The notes beneath the pieces are model-generated. The model worked only from the letters and a program-made list of their open reading frames with translations. It had not been told where the DNA came from and made no database searches. From Octopus sinensis (Eukaryota), in assembly GCF_006345805.1 (NCBI RefSeq), contig NC_043001.1, positions 18,166,001 to 18,230,000 of the forward strand: a stretch of 64,000 nt of DNA. Direction: 5' to 3'. Positions 61,501 through 64,000 of the stretch are shown piece by piece; the stretch's first letter is position 1; each line of letters begins with the position of its first letter. Both the position numbers and the translations under genes were made by a program.

Positions 61501-64000
61501 GCATGGAAAGCGGACGCTAAATGATGATGATGATATGAATAGATAGGCACACGTGTGGCTATGTACTTAAGAAGCTTGCTTCCTAAAAATGTGGTTTTAG
61601 GTTCAATCCCACTGTACAGCACTTTGAACAAATGTCTTCTACTACAGCTTTGAGCTGACCACAGGTTTGTAATTGAATTTGCTAGACAGAAACCGAAAGA
61701 ATCTTATGTGTGTGTGTGTGTACCCTTGTCTAGGCATCATGATAATTGTAAACATCATTGAAGTTGTTTGTTCCCAGTCTCCCATGAAAACCATGCCAGG
61801 CTCTGGGGAACTATGACTTTGTTGGGAAACAGGTGGTGGTTGGTGACAGAAAGGGCATTCAGCTGTACAAAATGTGTGTCAGCTTATTACATCCAACCCA
61901 TGCAAGCATGGGAAAGTATTACAGGCACAGGAGTGGCTGTGTGGTAGATAGCTTGCTTACCAATGACATGGTTCCAGGTTCAGTCCTACTGCATAGCACC
62001 TTGAGCAAGTGTCTTCTACTAAAGTGTCAGGCCAACCAAAGCCTTGTGAGTGAATTTGGTAGATGGGAACTGAAGGAAGCCTGTCGTATATATATATATG
62101 TTTGTGTATCTGTGTTACGTCCCTGTAACTTAGCGGTTCAGCAAAAGAGACCGATAGAATAAGTACTGGGCTTACAAAGAATAAGTCCCGGGGTCGATTT
62201 GCTCGACTAAAGGCAGTGCTCCAGCATGGCCGCCTTTAGTCGAGCAAATTGACCCCGGGACTTATTCTTTGTAAGCCCAGTACTTATTCTATCGATCTCT
62301 TTTGCCGAACCGCTAAGTGACAGGGACGTAAACACACCAGCATTGGTTGTCAAGCAATGCTAGGGGGACAAACACAGACACACAAATACATATATATATA
62401 CAACAGGCTTCTTTCAGTTTCCGTCTACCAAATCCACTCACAAGGCATTGGTCGGCCCGAGGCTATAGCAGAAGACACTTGCCCAAGGTGCCACGCAGTG
62501 GGACTGAACCCGGAACCATGTGGTTGGTAAGCAAGCTACTTACCACACAGCCACTCCTGCACCTATATCATGTGCAGAATTATTAACATAAGCCTTAGCA
62601 GTTTGGGATTTTCATTAGATCTATGTTTTGTGATGTGGTTTTAACAGCTGGATGTGCCCTTCTCACTGCAAACCACTTTACAGCATGTACCAGGTACATT
62701 TTGTTATGTTCCCCTCCGCTGCTTGCACTGGATAAGTCTGACAATTGAATTATACTCTCCAGATTGTATCAGCGTTTATGTCGTTGATTTAAACAGGTTG
62801 TTTTTATTGCTGTTTGGGAAAACCACATTTCACCCAACACACATATACAAAGTGACAACAAAGCTGTTAACTTGGGTTTGGTTAACTCTTTTTATATAGT
62901 TATTAGTGAATGTCATTGTGTTTAGTCATTTAACACCTTGGGTTTTTTTGTTGTTTATATTTACTTTATCCTGTCAGAAATGTTTCCAAAAGCATTCTAA
63001 CATGTGATTCATTCAGTTTTTCTTTTTTTCTCAGTAGTTTACCTCAGTCTTTTTCTTTCCAAAAGCAATAGCATATTTGGCTACTATTTTTAGTCAGCCA
63101 GGTGACCATGAACTTTTTAACATTTAAAGTGGCCATTCCCAGCTCAAATATTGTAGCTGCTTTATGTCAAAACTGGTCTCTCACATCTGGGCAAGGTTCT
63201 TTGTGGAAGACCAGCAGTTTGTCCATGCATAACAGCCTCCCCTCTCCACACCACTGATGTTGTTCAAGGGAAAGGCAAAGGGGCCGATACAGCTTGGCAC
63301 CAGTGACATCACAACTCATTTCTACAGCTGAGTGAACTGGAGCAACGTGAAATAAAGTGTCTTGCTCAAGAACACAACACACAGCCTGGTCTGGAAATCG
63401 AACTCACTACCTCATCATTGTAGCCCAACGCTCTAAGCACTGAGCCACGTGCTCAGAAGGTATAAGGAGATAATACTGGTAGGTACAGAAGAACAATGTC
63501 ATTCTAAAAATAAACAATCAAATTTTTTGAAATCTTAAAACTATGAGATAATGCATGATTAATTCGAATTAATAAGCATTACATTTGACAGGGAAATCTA
63601 GATGTTAAAGGGCTTTGAGGCCTCCATATGACTAGGGTTTATCAAAGCTAATTTTGTTGTTTTTGTGAGATGTTTCCTGGTGATGAAGTTTGGTTTTGTT
63701 TCATTTTAATTTAGGGAGTTAAGGACTGGTGACTGGAGAAAGAATAGCAGAAGAGGCAACGAGCTGGCAGAAACGTTAGCACGCCAGGCGAAATGCTTAG
63801 CAGTATTTTGTCTGCCGTTACGTTCTGAGTTCAAATTCCGCCGAGGTCGACTTTGCCTTTCATCCTTTTGGGGTCGATAAATTAAGTACCAGTTACGTAC
63901 TGGGGTCGATGTAATTGACTTAACCCGTTTGTCCTCTCTATGTTTAGGCCCTTGTGGGCAATAAAGAAATAAGAATAGCAGAAGGGGTGAATTCAGGAAT

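Overview
AT-rich, repeat-saturated eukaryotic DNA, most likely an octopod cephalopod (inferred from the repeat landscape of tRNA-headed SINEs, (ATC)n-tailed repeats and very long (TA)n/(CA)n tracts). Most of the supplied ORFs are microsatellite or SINE artefacts. Spread through the repeats is one spliced + strand gene that the ORF track only partly shows. Ten exons (16811-16986, 20233-20403, 23353-23446, 25425-25609, 27320-27461, 28358-28435, 30070-30247, 32533-32666, 35280-36116, 56158-56291) all have AG/GT boundaries, and their phases chain without a stop into about 709 aa, open at the 5' end. The predicted protein has an HDX-type divergent homeodomain, a TFII-I family (GTF2I/GTF2IRD1) N-terminal leucine-zipper region, one GTF2I (I-) repeat, a long Ser/Lys-rich disordered region with a KFKP tandem repeat, and a C-terminal Polycomb-type chromodomain. 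I know of no described protein with this architecture, and TFII-I proteins are usually described as vertebrate factors. All family comparisons are from remembered reference sequences and need database confirmation. The link to the chromodomain exon across a 20 kb intron is inferred from splice phase. The introns hold three or more SINE families, RTE and CR1/L2 LINE remnants, mariner/pogo/hAT/piggyBac-type MITEs, a non-autonomous Helitron, and several (TA)n-embedded hairpin elements, some with hammerhead-ribozyme-like motifs that suggest Penelope-like elements.
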